IMG/VR virus record: IMGVR_UViG_3300046779_001412
Coordinates: 32,001-96,000 of that record
Reading direction: 5' to 3' (one strand)
DNA from: a virus
Length of the DNA stretch: 64,000 bases
The translations under genes and the position numbers were made by a program. The notes beneath the pieces are model-generated. The model was not told where the DNA came from and did no database searches. It saw nothing but the letters and a program-made list of their open reading frames with translations. Of the stretch, positions 41,744-52,414 are shown in pieces. The first letter of the stretch is position 1. Each line of letters begins with the position of its first letter.

Positions 41744-41919
41744 TGCTTTCTAAAGTGTTTAAAACTAACAAGGACCGTCGTTAGTTAAGTTTAAGGTCCG
41801 CCATTTCCATCCTGCGCTTTTCCTTACCGGGATGCCATGGTCAAGCTACGGCTCTCTAACGCTAGGCGCTTGCTTTCTGCGCCAACTCACTGTCGCTAGT
41901 GTCACAGGGCACTATAGAG

Positions 41920-42102
41920 TCAGCCTGTGCTCTGACTATACTCAATCTTGCTTAATCTATCTGCGTGAACCCATACAAACCACCCGAGTCCCAATGCACC
42001 AACTTTGACATACTCTAATCTCTTACGGAGTACTTCGCCATACACAACGCCGTGTTTTTTTGTTTTGAAAAAAACATGTTCACCTTTGTTCCAAATACGC
42101 AT
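41920..42102 (-). CDS. Small SH3-like hypothetical protein
   Basis: 60 aa; SD AAGGAG. Confidence 0.6.
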   Translation of the reverse strand: MRIWNKGEHVFFKTKKHGVVYGEVLRKRLEYVKVGALGLGWFVWVHADRLSKIEYSQSTG

Positions 42103-42111
42103 AATTGCTCC

Positions 42112-42432
42112 TTAGGCTAATTCAAGTTCGCAAGCAGGGTAAGTAATTTTACCATCAAAGTCCAATTGGTTTTGTTCAAACTCTGTTAGGTAGTCATCTT
42201 CAACAACACTCCAATCCAGGATGTGCTCACGCACATAGTCATTGTTGGACTCAACCTTTGGACGAAGCAATTCAACAATAATACCCGGAGCATAACGAGT
42301 AGGATCAAAGTTGCGAACAACGTAATCACTCCCGCCTTTGGCTTTCCAGTAAGCCGCATCGCCGGTGCCAATAGAACCGTCTTCCATCCAGGCGTAGTTT
42401 TCGTAAACTTGAGTAGTGATTAGTAATTTCAT
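42112..42432 (-). CDS. Hypothetical phage protein
   Basis: TQVYENY..YWKAKGG motif; SD GGAG. Confidence 0.7.
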   Translation of the reverse strand: MKLLITTQVYENYAWMEDGSIGTGDAAYWKAKGGSDYVVRNFDPTRYAPGIIVELLRPKVESNNDYVREHILDWSVVEDDYLTEFEQNQLDFDGKITYPACELELA

Positions 42433-42462
42433 TGCATGCTCCGTGTTGTTTACTATTCTATT

Positions 42463-42491
42463 ATTATACTAAAATGGCTATTTTTGGTCAA
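42463..42491 (-). promoter_or_regulatory. sigma70-type early promoter
   Basis: TTGACC-N17-TATAAT. Confidence 0.8.
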
Positions 42492-42515
42492 GAAAAAAGC
42501 GGCCCTGGGGCCGCT
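42492..42515 (-). terminator. Rho-independent terminator
   Basis: AGCGGCCC/GGGCCGCT stem followed by a T-run on the minus strand. Confidence 0.7.
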
Positions 42516-42518
42516 GTG

Positions 42519-42887
42519 TTATGCTGCTTTTTTTGCAAGTTTTGCGGCTTTGTCTGCAAACCATTCTTCCACAAACTGGTTTGGATCTTGTCCCTTGCGT
42601 GGTTTGTCACCCACACGTTTTGTTTTTGTTACAGGAACTGCAACAGTTGCAGTCTTAGCAACCTTTGCTACTTTAGCAACACGCGGCATTTTGCCTGCTG
42701 TAATGCCTTGTGCACCAAGATAGTCAACCGCAGCTTCTTTGCCCATGCTGAATGGCAGTTTAAGCATGTTTACATCTGTTGCACCCAACTTTGCCAGAAC
42801 TGCCGCACGACCCTCGTCGTTAGCAAATTTGTAAACAGTTGCACCATTAACAACACATGTACCTGCGTAAGCAAAAAGTTTAGACAT
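42519..42887 (-). CDS. Lys/Ala-rich basic protein (possibly DNA-binding)
   Basis: 122 aa with VAKVAKVAK; SD AAGGAG; own promoter and terminator. Confidence 0.7.
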   Translation of the reverse strand: MSKLFAYAGTCVVNGATVYKFANDEGRAAVLAKLGATDVNMLKLPFSMGKEAAVDYLGAQGITAGKMPRVAKVAKVAKTATVAVPVTKTKRVGDKPRKGQDPNQFVEEWFADKAAKLAKKAA

Positions 42888-42917
42888 TTACAACTCCTTA
42901 TTAGTTACAGTACCATT

Positions 42918-42946
42918 ATTATATGAAAAAGGAAATAATTGGCCAA
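42918..42946 (-). promoter_or_regulatory. sigma70-type early promoter
   Basis: TTGGCC-N17-TATAAT. Confidence 0.7.
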
Positions 42947-42961
42947 CCAAAATTTTGTTGC

Positions 42962-43246
42962 TTATTCAGCAACACTTAACATATTCATAGGAACCTTCCA
43001 AAGCCCTTGCCCCGTACTCACTGTGGCGTATTTTAATGCAACTTTTGCAACCTTGCCACGTAAAGTGATACCACGTTTGGTGCTGTAGAACTGTACATCG
43101 CTGCCTATATGTATAGCATGACGAGCTTGTTTTACTAGATTTGCTCTTGCATATCTAACAGCATCAATAATGCTGCTCAATTGCGAGTCTGTAAACGTGC
43201 CGCCTATTATTGCAGCATTGATGTCCTGGATAGAAAGTTGCGACAT
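42962..43246 (-). CDS. Hypothetical protein
   Basis: 94 aa; SD GGAGG. Confidence 0.7.
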   Translation of the reverse strand: MSQLSIQDINAAIIGGTFTDSQLSSIIDAVRYARANLVKQARHAIHIGSDVQFYSTKRGITLRGKVAKVALKYATVSTGQGLWKVPMNMLSVAE

Positions 43247-43276
43247 AAAAAACCTCCAATAAGTCTTAATATCAAC

Positions 43277-43305
43277 ATTGTAGACTTATTGGAGTTTATG
43301 GTCAA
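43277..43305 (-). promoter_or_regulatory. sigma70-type early promoter
   Basis: TTGACC-N17-TACAAT. Confidence 0.75.
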
Positions 43306-43323
43306 CCGTGTGCTGTTGTGATT

Positions 43324-44619
43324 TTAGTAACGATAGGTGTCAGGTTTGAAAGGCCCTTGCACTGGCACGCCGATGTAGGCAGCTTGGTCTGCACTGAGTT
43401 CTGTGAGCTTGGCACCAACGTGTCCAAGATGCAGTCTTGCAACTTCTTCATCCATGTGTTTAGGCAGTAGATACAGTTGTCCTGCTTGGTATTTTTCGTT
43501 GTCACGATGTTGCCATAGTTCAATCTGAGCTAGGACTTGATTTGTAAAACTATTGCTCATAACATAACTTGGATGACCTGTGGCGCAGCCAAGATTAACC
43601 AATCTGCCCTTGGCCAACACAATCAAGCGTTTGCCGTTGGGGAAAATCACATGGTCTACCAAGGGTTTGATTTCTCGCCACTCAAGATCCTGCAAGCCAG
43701 CGATGTCTATTTCACTATCAAAGTGCCCAATATTACACACAATCGCATTGTTTTTCATGCGCTCCATGTGTTCGCGTGTGATAACATTGATGTTTCCTGT
43801 GGCAGTCACGTAGATATCAGCCTTGTCAGCTGCATACTTCATGGTGGTAACTTTGTAGCCTTCCATGGATGCTTGTAGTGCGCAGATTGGATCAATTTCA
43901 GTAACCCACACAATGGCACCCAGGGCACGTAAGGCCTGTGCTGATCCTTTGCCCACATCGCCGTATCCGCAGACCACAGCGGTCTTGCCTGCGATCATGA
44001 CATCTGTGGCACGTTTGATAGCGTCCACTAGACTTTCACGACAGCCATAAAGATTATCAAACTTGGCCTTGGTCACTGAATCGTTTACGTTGATAGCCGG
44101 CAGCAACAGCGTGCCAGCACGAATACGTTCAACTAACTTGTGTATACCGGTTGTGGTTTCTTCGCTCACACCCACAATGCCTGCAATCAACTCAGGGTGC
44201 TTGTCATGTACCAGACCTGTGAGATCATGCCCATCATCCAGTAACATGTTTGGGCGCCAGTTATCAGGACCTGTTAAGGTTTGTTCTATACACCACCAAT
44301 ATTCTTCTTCGGTTTCACCTTTCCAGGCAAACACAGGAATACCCTGTGCTGCCAAAGCAGCAGCCGCATGATCTTGTGTGCTAAAAATATTACAAGAACT
44401 CCAGCGTACTTCTGCACCCAGAGCCACAAGTGTTTCAACTAACACAGCAGTCTGAATTGTCATGTGCAGACTACCTGCAATACGTGCACCTGCGAGTGGT
44501 TGACTGTCGCGATATTTTTCACGCACAGCCACTAGGCCGGGCATCTCATACTCGGCAATTTCAATTTCTGCTCTGCCCCATGCGGCTAGATCAATGTTGG
44601 CTACTCGGTAATCTGTCAT
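43324..44619 (-). CDS. ahcY: Adenosylhomocysteinase (SAH hydrolase)
   Basis: [45 protein letters not shown], terminal YRY. Confidence 0.97.
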   Translation of the reverse strand: MTDYRVANIDLAAWGRAEIEIAEYEMPGLVAVREKYRDSQPLAGARIAGSLHMTIQTAVLVETLVALGAEVRWSSCNIFSTQDHAAAALAAQGIPVFAWKGETEEEYWWCIEQTLTGPDNWRPNMLLDDGHDLTGLVHDKHPELIAGIVGVSEETTTGIHKLVERIRAGTLLLPAINVNDSVTKAKFDNLYGCRESLVDAIKRATDVMIAGKTAVVCGYGDVGKGSAQALRALGAIVWVTEIDPICALQASMEGYKVTTMKYAADKADIYVTATGNINVITREHMERMKNNAIVCNIGHFDSEIDIAGLQDLEWREIKPLVDHVIFPNGKRLIVLAKGRLVNLGCATGHPSYVMSNSFTNQVLAQIELWQHRDNEKYQAGQLYLLPKHMDEEVARLHLGHVGAKLTELSADQAAYIGVPVQGPFKPDTYRY

Positions 44620-44789
44620 TATCTTGAATCCTTGCGTTCATTTTTGTTGCTTCTTGGTGGTGCCATACGACTCTGTAATTCAGCTTGCACCATGCTACGA
44701 ATAAAATGACCACGGCGATCTGCGTCTAATATTCTAGCTGCCATCATTTTACTGGGCTTGCTTAAACGAAAATGTCTGTTGGCGTTCAT
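44619..44789 (-). CDS. 56-aa basic protein (not in ORF track)
   Basis: [56 protein letters not shown]. Overlaps the rpoZ stop and the ahcY start. Confidence 0.65.
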   Translation of the reverse strand: MNANRHFRLSKPSKMMAARILDADRRGHFIRSMVQAELQSRMAPPRSNKNERKDSR

Positions 44790-45043
44790 CGTGTGTTTCT
44801 CCTTCGTTGTGTGTATTCAGGTGGTTGGCGTTTTAACCAGGTTCGGTCCACTTTGTCTGCTGCAATTTCATGCATAGCAGTGCTCAAAGGACTGTTGCCT
44901 TGGTTTACCATGGCAGCGTGTCCTGCTTTAAGTTCACGTATGCGTTGACCTAGCACTAATACAGTGTCAAATTGATTGCCAATTTTTTTTACAATAGCTT
45001 GGCTGCTTAAACTGACCGGATCTCTGTTGCTGTAATGTTCCAT
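44786..45043 (-). CDS. rpoZ: RNA polymerase omega subunit homolog
   Basis: IGNQFDTVLVLGQRIRELKAG...PLSTAMHEIAADKV matches the omega pattern. Confidence 0.75.
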   Translation of the reverse strand: MEHYSNRDPVSLSSQAIVKKIGNQFDTVLVLGQRIRELKAGHAAMVNQGNSPLSTAMHEIAADKVDRTWLKRQPPEYTQRRRNTR

Positions 45044-45088
45044 TTGGTCTCCTGTGTGATAATTATGCGCATTTGCTTCAAAGCATAG

Positions 45089-45116
45089 AAAAACAAAGCC
45101 CGCCGGAGCGGGCTTT
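45089..45116 (-). terminator. Terminator after groEL
   Basis: AAAGCCCGC/GCGGGCTTT stem. Confidence 0.8.
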
Positions 45117-45123
45117 GAGTGTT

Positions 45124-47041
<1,918 letters not shown>

Positions 47042-47048
47042 CGTTGCC

Positions 47049-47117
47049 TTCTCCTTTTCAATATAAGCAAGAAAGTATGCACAGTCTCACCCGAGCACTG
47101 TGCAAAGGTTATTTATA
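47049..47117 (-). promoter_or_regulatory. TATAAATA promoter plus ROSE-like RNA thermometer in the groES leader
   Basis: TATAAATA at 47110-47117; hairpin TGCACAGT/ACTGTGCA; UUCUU-G-CUU pairs with the SD AAGGAGAA. Confidence 0.65.
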
Positions 47118-47211
47118 ACATAGAAATTGGGTTAAAACAACTTTTTTGGTAATTGACTGGTTACGAGTTCCAGCGGTGCTCAATTGTTGCACCCGATTTA
47201 CAAAAATCATT

Positions 47212-47235
47212 AAAAAAGGCACCTAGGTGCCTTTT
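47212..47235 (-). terminator. Terminator after the porin gene
   Basis: Palindrome AAAAGGCACCTAGGTGCCTTTT. Confidence 0.8.
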
Positions 47236-47247
47236 AACCTTGACTAA

Positions 47248-48660
47248 TTAGAAACTTAACTGACCACGTAGCATTACTGCCTTTTCGCCATTTACACGAC
47301 TACCTGATGTGCCTACAACTGCATCAAATTTAGTGTCAACGTAGTTTAGCATGAAACGCACATTGTCGTTCCAGAACCATGTTACGCCATAAGTCATTGC
47401 AGTAGCACGATTGCTTTTGCCAGTTGCTACTGAAATATCTTCAGCATTGAATTCACTGGCACGTACAGCAACTTGCCATGCACCTGGACCACCACTGGTT
47501 ACAGCGGTGTTAGGTTTGATCCAATTGAAAATACCATTTCTGTAGTTGTGGCTTTCACCTGTTAGGTTATACACCGCTTGAACATAGTGACCTTTGATCT
47601 CTTGATCTGAACCAGTGGTAGGATCATACTTGAAATTAAACTGTTCACCTTGTAACTTTACATTCTTCCAAGCAAATGCTGCTTCAAGACCTTGGCGTGT
47701 ACGTTCTGTTTCACCACTCATTGCTGAACCTGTGAACCATGCACTTTGATTTCGTGCTTCAGTACGACCACTGGCAGCAGTAACACCAGTCTTGATGTTG
47801 CCTGTACTGTATGCGGCACCTAAGTGCGCAACAAAGTCTTTGTTCTGAATTACTTCGGCAATGTTTGTAGTTACACGACCAATGATATCTGCACCATCAA
47901 CTGTGGCAGATTTATTAGCACGACCACGACTTGCTGCTAAAGCATAAGTGAATCCAGTTGCAGGAACACCATGAATCATTACACCAGTTTCTTTTGCTGG
48001 AATCAATTCGCTGTCATTCTGACCAACTAAACTACGTTCCATAAAATCGATGTTGTTTGAACTGGTCAACTGTTCCAAACTGAATGGCATCTTAAATGTA
48101 CCAAACTGAAATTGAGCAGCAGGGTTAGCATCATAGTTTACCCAGAACTCATCAATGGTACTTGAAGTAGAACTTGCACCAACATCATTACCAAAGTTTG
48201 CTAACAATTGATATTTGAAATCTTTGGCAATTTGTCCACGCACACCAAAACGACCTCTACGCATTTCCATTGCATCTTGGTAACCATCTGTAGTTTGACC
48301 TGATGCATAGTCTGGACTGTAGTTTCTATAATCCATGTGAATACGACCAGTAAACTGCGCAGTGGTATTACCATCTTTTGATTTGATGCCTAGACCGTTC
48401 TCCATAACAGCACCATCGTTGCTCTTGCTCAAACGATAGTTGTTGTTATCTCTCAGATCTTTGTCAATGCGACTGGAATTGAATTGTGAATTCTCCAAAC
48501 GATCACGGTGTGCTGTGATGCGTGTATCATACTCTTGGCGAGTAATGATGTTCTTTTGTAGCAGCAGATCTAGTGTGTCAGTGTATTCATCTGCCATTGC
48601 AGGTGCAATGAAGACCGACATCAAGATTGCTGCTAGTGCTAATTTTTTAAATGTTTTCAT
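47248..48660 (-). CDS. Phosphate-selective porin (OprO/OprP family)
   Basis: Signal peptide, FTGRIHMDY, RRGRFG, FKMPFSLEQLTSSN..FMERS, terminal Phe. Confidence 0.9.
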   Translation of the reverse strand: MKTFKKLALAAILMSVFIAPAMADEYTDTLDLLLQKNIITRQEYDTRITAHRDRLENSQFNSSRIDKDLRDNNNYRLSKSNDGAVMENGLGIKSKDGNTTAQFTGRIHMDYRNYSPDYASGQTTDGYQDAMEMRRGRFGVRGQIAKDFKYQLLANFGNDVGASSTSSTIDEFWVNYDANPAAQFQFGTFKMPFSLEQLTSSNNIDFMERSLVGQNDSELIPAKETGVMIHGVPATGFTYALAASRGRANKSATVDGADIIGRVTTNIAEVIQNKDFVAHLGAAYSTGNIKTGVTAASGRTEARNQSAWFTGSAMSGETERTRQGLEAAFAWKNVKLQGEQFNFKYDPTTGSDQEIKGHYVQAVYNLTGESHNYRNGIFNWIKPNTAVTSGGPGAWQVAVRASEFNAEDISVATGKSNRATAMTYGVTWFWNDNVRFMLNYVDTKFDAVVGTSGSRVNGEKAVMLRGQLSF

Positions 48661-48725
48661 ATAAAATCCTTAAATTGTTGACAACCAGTAATGGTAACAT
48701 TTCCAACTACTAGTTGTCAAGTTTA

Positions 48726-49751
48726 TTATTTCCAAACTGCTGCGCCATCAGGACCTTTGAAGTCACGACGCCAATTGTCTTGAACCAACTTGATTACAGA
48801 CTGAGGCATATGAACATACTCGAGTTCCTCACTCATCTTGGAACCATTTTTGTAGGACCAATCGAAGAACTTAAGAATAGCACGACCAGTTAAAGCATCT
48901 GCTTGCTGTTTGTGCATTAGAATAAAACTTGCACCAGTTGCTGGCCAAGCATCTTTACCTGGTTGCCAAGTTAGTAATTGATACATACCTGGAGCATTGT
49001 TCCAATCTGCATTAGCTGCCGCTGCTTTGAATGTTGTATCGTCAGGTAATACAAAGTTACCATCGCGATTTTTTAAGGCTGCGTAGGCAATTTTATTTTT
49101 CTTTGCATAAGCATATTCGACATAACCGAATGCACCTTTGATACGCTGCACTTGTGCTGCAACACCTTCATTACCTTTACCACCCACACCTACAGGCCAT
49201 TTAACTGCTGTACCTTCACCTACAACTTTAGCAAACTCAGGATTTGCTTTGCCAAGATAATTGGTCCAAACAAAAGTTGTGCCTGAACCATCTGCACGAT
49301 GAATTACAGTAATGTTGGTTGCCGGTAATGTGATACCTTGGTTCAACTCAACGATTGCTTTGTCATTCCATTTAGTAATCTTACCTAAGTGAATACCTGC
49401 CACAACATCACTTGTTAGTTTTAATTGCCCTGGTTCTATACCATCAAGGTTAACCACAGGAACAACACCACCAATAATTGCTGGAAATTGTACAAGACCT
49501 TCTTTGTCTAGTTCTTCTGGTTTCAATGGCATGTCACTAGCGCCAAAGTCCACTGTCTTGGCCTTGATTTGACGAATACCACCACCTGAACCAATGGATT
49601 GATAATTGAGTCCTATGCCTGTTGCTGCTTTATATGCTTCTGCCCACTTAGCATAGATTGGATAAGGGAATGTAGCACCTGCACCTGTTAAGTCTGCTGC
49701 ATGGGCATTCAATGACAGTGCAGTCAATGCCGTAAACAAAAGTTTTTTCAT
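48726..49751 (-). CDS. pstS: Phosphate ABC transporter substrate-binding protein
   Basis: GAGATFP, YQSIGSGGG, DFGASD, RADGSGTT. Start reassigned to MKKLL. Confidence 0.96.
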   Translation of the reverse strand: MKKLLFTALTALSLNAHAADLTGAGATFPYPIYAKWAEAYKAATGIGLNYQSIGSGGGIRQIKAKTVDFGASDMPLKPEELDKEGLVQFPAIIGGVVPVVNLDGIEPGQLKLTSDVVAGIHLGKITKWNDKAIVELNQGITLPATNITVIHRADGSGTTFVWTNYLGKANPEFAKVVGEGTAVKWPVGVGGKGNEGVAAQVQRIKGAFGYVEYAYAKKNKIAYAALKNRDGNFVLPDDTTFKAAAANADWNNAPGMYQLLTWQPGKDAWPATGASFILMHKQQADALTGRAILKFFDWSYKNGSKMSEELEYVHMPQSVIKLVQDNWRRDFKGPDGAAVWK

Positions 49752-49803
49752 GTGTAATCTCCATATTATGTGCAATGCACAATTAATATTTAAACACATA
49801 CAT

Positions 49804-49821
49804 ATTACAACTGCGTTACAA
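49804..49821 (-). promoter_or_regulatory. Putative Pho box
   Basis: TTGTAAC-GCAG-TTGTAAT: two 7-mers at 11-bp spacing upstream of pstS. Confidence 0.6.
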
Positions 49822-49844
49822 AAGTGGGATTTGGAGAAATTAAA

Positions 49845-50045
49845 TTACATACCGCGTGGAGAGTAATGTTGGATATAGATACAGCGTGCGCTGACTTTGT
49901 AGCCATCTGTGTACCAAGTGGCGCTGACACGAGCACGTTCACGCTGGCAGTCTTCGTAGTTATGTTGTGGGGCCTGTATAATACCTTTGCTCTGTGTTTG
50001 ACCATAGGGCTGTGCAAGATACAAACTGATAACAAGAATCCACAT
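49845..50045 (-). CDS. Small secreted/membrane protein
   Basis: MWILVISLYL start, 5 nt after TAAATA. Confidence 0.55.
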   Translation of the reverse strand: MWILVISLYLAQPYGQTQSKGIIQAPQHNYEDCQRERARVSATWYTDGYKVSARCIYIQHYSPRGM

Positions 50046-50061
50046 GTTGATATTTATTAAT

Positions 50062-50084
50062 GAAAAAGCCCGCCGAAGCGGGCC
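50062..50084 (-). terminator. Terminator after tmRNA
   Basis: GCCCGC-TTCG-GCGGGC followed by TTTTT. Confidence 0.85.
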
Positions 50085-50089
50085 TACTA

Positions 50090-50380
50090 TTTTGGGTGAC
50101 AAGGCATAGTTGCCTCGGAGATTAGGCTGCTAGAGCGAAAATCTCGTCGTTAGCTGCGTTTGCAGTTATCATTTTTCGCTGATTACGTCAGTCGACTCTC
50201 GTGTTGTCCACTCGCCTACTCTTGACCCTGTCGAAACCTTGACTGGCCCATCAGAAACATACTTCGTCCTGCAGTACGGTCCTTTTCACAAAGAGTCGCA
50301 CGGTCTGCAAATATGTTTCTGGTGGACCAGGTGGGAGTCGAACCCACGTCCAGAACCCTTTTTGGGTCGCTTCATACAAC
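50090..50380 (-). ncRNA. ssrA: Circularly permuted (two-piece) tmRNA; outer boundaries approximate
   Basis: Acceptor piece GTGGGTTCGACTCCCAC-CTGGTCC-ACCA (CCA at 50320-50322) precedes the coding piece starting GGGCCAG (50249). G3:U70 pair present. Tag ANAANDEIFALAA* at 50122-50163. Confidence 0.9.
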
Positions 50381-50393
50381 AATACAATTATTT

Positions 50394-50422
50394 ATTTTAT
50401 AGAACTTGTTGAATTTTGTCAA
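50394..50422 (-). promoter_or_regulatory. sigma70 promoter of tmRNA
   Basis: TTGACA-N17-TAAAAT, with an adjacent TAAATA. Confidence 0.7.
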
Positions 50423-50981
50423 GTATGATATTGACCACTTGACTGCTGAGTACAACCTCGTAATGATTGAACGGCATTTCAATGATCTCAAAATCATCAC
50501 GATAAAGCATACTCTGTAAAGTAACCACACCATCATTGGGTTCTTTGATCCAGGGACTTTGACCCACTGTGGTTACAATCTGAGTCCAGTTTGGCGGTGA
50601 CGCAATCTTTCTACTGTCCTGCATTGGCGCACTCATGGTACCTATGTCTTTCATTAGTTTATTGAAAGGCAAAAAGTACTTGGCAAAATCTGCTTGTTCA
50701 CTGCCACCATAGGGTGTGCTTAGACTTACGCCACCTCGAGTGGTTTCGCGATAGTGATCCGCGAGAAACAAACTATAAATGCCACCAAGACTGTGACTTA
50801 TAAAGAACAATCTTTCTGCATCATCTAGCCGGCCCATCATGTGCGCTAGATTATGAGCAAAGCCATTTTCGCTGCGATACTCCAGCATGATGTCGGGTTC
50901 TTCGTAGTGATCCCGCACGAACTGACGAATGTAGCTAAAACTCTCCGCAGTGGCGCTGGCACCATGTATGTAAACAATCAT
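50397..50981 (-). CDS. Alpha/beta hydrolase
   Basis: YIHGA, SHSLGG, STPYGGS, NDGVV, NH. Confidence 0.85.
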   Translation of the reverse strand: MIVYIHGASATAESFSYIRQFVRDHYEEPDIMLEYRSENGFAHNLAHMMGRLDDAERLFFISHSLGGIYSLFLADHYRETTRGGVSLSTPYGGSEQADFAKYFLPFNKLMKDIGTMSAPMQDSRKIASPPNWTQIVTTVGQSPWIKEPNDGVVTLQSMLYRDDFEIIEMPFNHYEVVLSSQVVNIILDKIQQVL

Positions 50982-50984
50982 ACA

Positions 50985-51212
50985 TTATTTGACCTTGAGC
51001 TGTTGCTCTTTGACTGCTTTGATTTTGTCTGCATCTTCTTTGGTAATGTAACGCACAGCATGATCATCAAATGGAGCAATTTTCCAGCCCCAAGATTTCC
51101 AATACTTTGCAATTAAATTGTTTACAATCAATACTCCACTGATAATCACTATACTTCCAATGGCTATTAGTATCGAGGAGGCTAAAAATACAGCCGCTTG
51201 ATCCATGTTCAT
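50985..51212 (-). CDS. Single-pass membrane protein
   Basis: Hydrophobic N-terminal helix. Confidence 0.6.
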   Translation of the reverse strand: MNMDQAAVFLASSILIAIGSIVIISGVLIVNNLIAKYWKSWGWKIAPFDDHAVRYITKEDADKIKAVKEQQLKVK

Positions 51213-51239
51213 TATACTATCCTAAACTTTGATTTGTAT

Positions 51240-51836
51240 TTACACAAAATTACAACAGGCTATGTTTGAAGTGCTTTGATGCAGCAAACGCCAGCCCTGC
51301 GATAACAACCAAGGCACAGCGGTGCCGCCCTTACCATCAAAAGCCACGCCGTCCCAGGTGCGAGTATCGTCAAAATGTATCACACACCGTTCAGCTGCAG
51401 CCGCTGCTACTAACTTGGCCTGATCTAGATGAGCTTGCTGACTATTTGCATTGTTCATTACTAGACCAAATTCTTGATATCTAGCAATTTGCCGTTGCAC
51501 ATACATCGGGGGTTCGCCCTCGTAATAGTTCCAGTCAAAATTGTCAAGATAAGCCCAACAGATTTTTTCACCAGTTGGTAGTAAATGATCAGCTAGAAAG
51601 TCTTCTCCCCGTAGCTGATGTGCATGCATATTTGCTATGTGATTTTTGTATCGGTTGATAATCTTGTGAGCTTCAGGATCGAAGTCTACACTATGATATT
51701 GAAATTCAGGTCTTGCAGCAGCAATGCCGGCAAAGAAGTCGGTACTTCCTTCGCCGCGACCTGCACCAATTTCTACAATTGCACCCTTGAGTTGATCAAG
51801 GTATCGTGATATAAGATGATGATTTCTAGCGCCCAT
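51240..51836 (-). CDS. Class I SAM-dependent methyltransferase-like protein
   Basis: VEIGAGRGEGST, SVD, YLD, FDDT..GKG. Confidence 0.65.
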   Translation of the reverse strand: MGARNHHLISRYLDQLKGAIVEIGAGRGEGSTDFFAGIAAARPEFQYHSVDFDPEAHKIINRYKNHIANMHAHQLRGEDFLADHLLPTGEKICWAYLDNFDWNYYEGEPPMYVQRQIARYQEFGLVMNNANSQQAHLDQAKLVAAAAAERCVIHFDDTRTWDGVAFDGKGGTAVPWLLSQGWRLLHQSTSNIACCNFV

Positions 51837-51865
51837 GCACTGAGTATACACGATAAGTAAAAAAA

Positions 51866-52414
51866 ATGCTACCAAGAATTTACCTTTGTTGGTTTCCTTT
51901 GGTTTCTCGTTCCAAAGTGCGTTCCATGCAAACCATTACCGAATTGGTTAATCAGGCCAATGCCAGATCACCCGCGGCTTTGTCTAAATCCATGCGACTG
52001 AATTGGATGGTCCAGGATATTAATGAAAACGGAATGCTCAAACCAGTCGTAGTTGACAATAATTGGCAAACCATAGTTGGTGATACTAGACTCATGGCTG
52101 CGGATCTTTTGCAGTGGGACCAAGTGCCTGTGCTGGCACAACTCCTACAGCCAGAAACGCAGGTAATTTCTTGTGAACAAGAATTGGTCACGTATTGCAC
52201 AGTGCACACGCCATGCACCCCCAATCAAAGATCTTTGTTTACAGAGTCAGTTGACTGGGTAGACTTTGACATGCCACAGAGCCGTGATCATTGGCATGAT
52301 GCTGATCAAAGACTTGATCTAATGCAGCAATACCTTGATAGTCAGTCTGAAGACTTTGTGTTTGACCTAGCATGGTATAGATCATCAGTGGACTGGACGC
52401 AATGGTCAATATGA
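51866..52414 (+). CDS. ParB/Srx-like domain protein
   Basis: INENGMLKPVVV....IVGDTRLMAA. Confidence 0.55.
   Translation: MLPRIYLCWFPLVSRSKVRSMQTITELVNQANARSPAALSKSMRLNWMVQDINENGMLKPVVVDNNWQTIVGDTRLMAADLLQWDQVPVLAQLLQPETQVISCEQELVTYCTVHTPCTPNQRSLFTESVDWVDFDMPQSRDHWHDADQRLDLMQQYLDSQSEDFVFDLAWYRSSVDWTQWSI

Noticed and set aside
44620-44790. SAH riboswitch upstream of ahcY
   Set aside because: The interval is fully occupied by a coupled 56-aa ORF, and no SAH aptamer consensus is visible.
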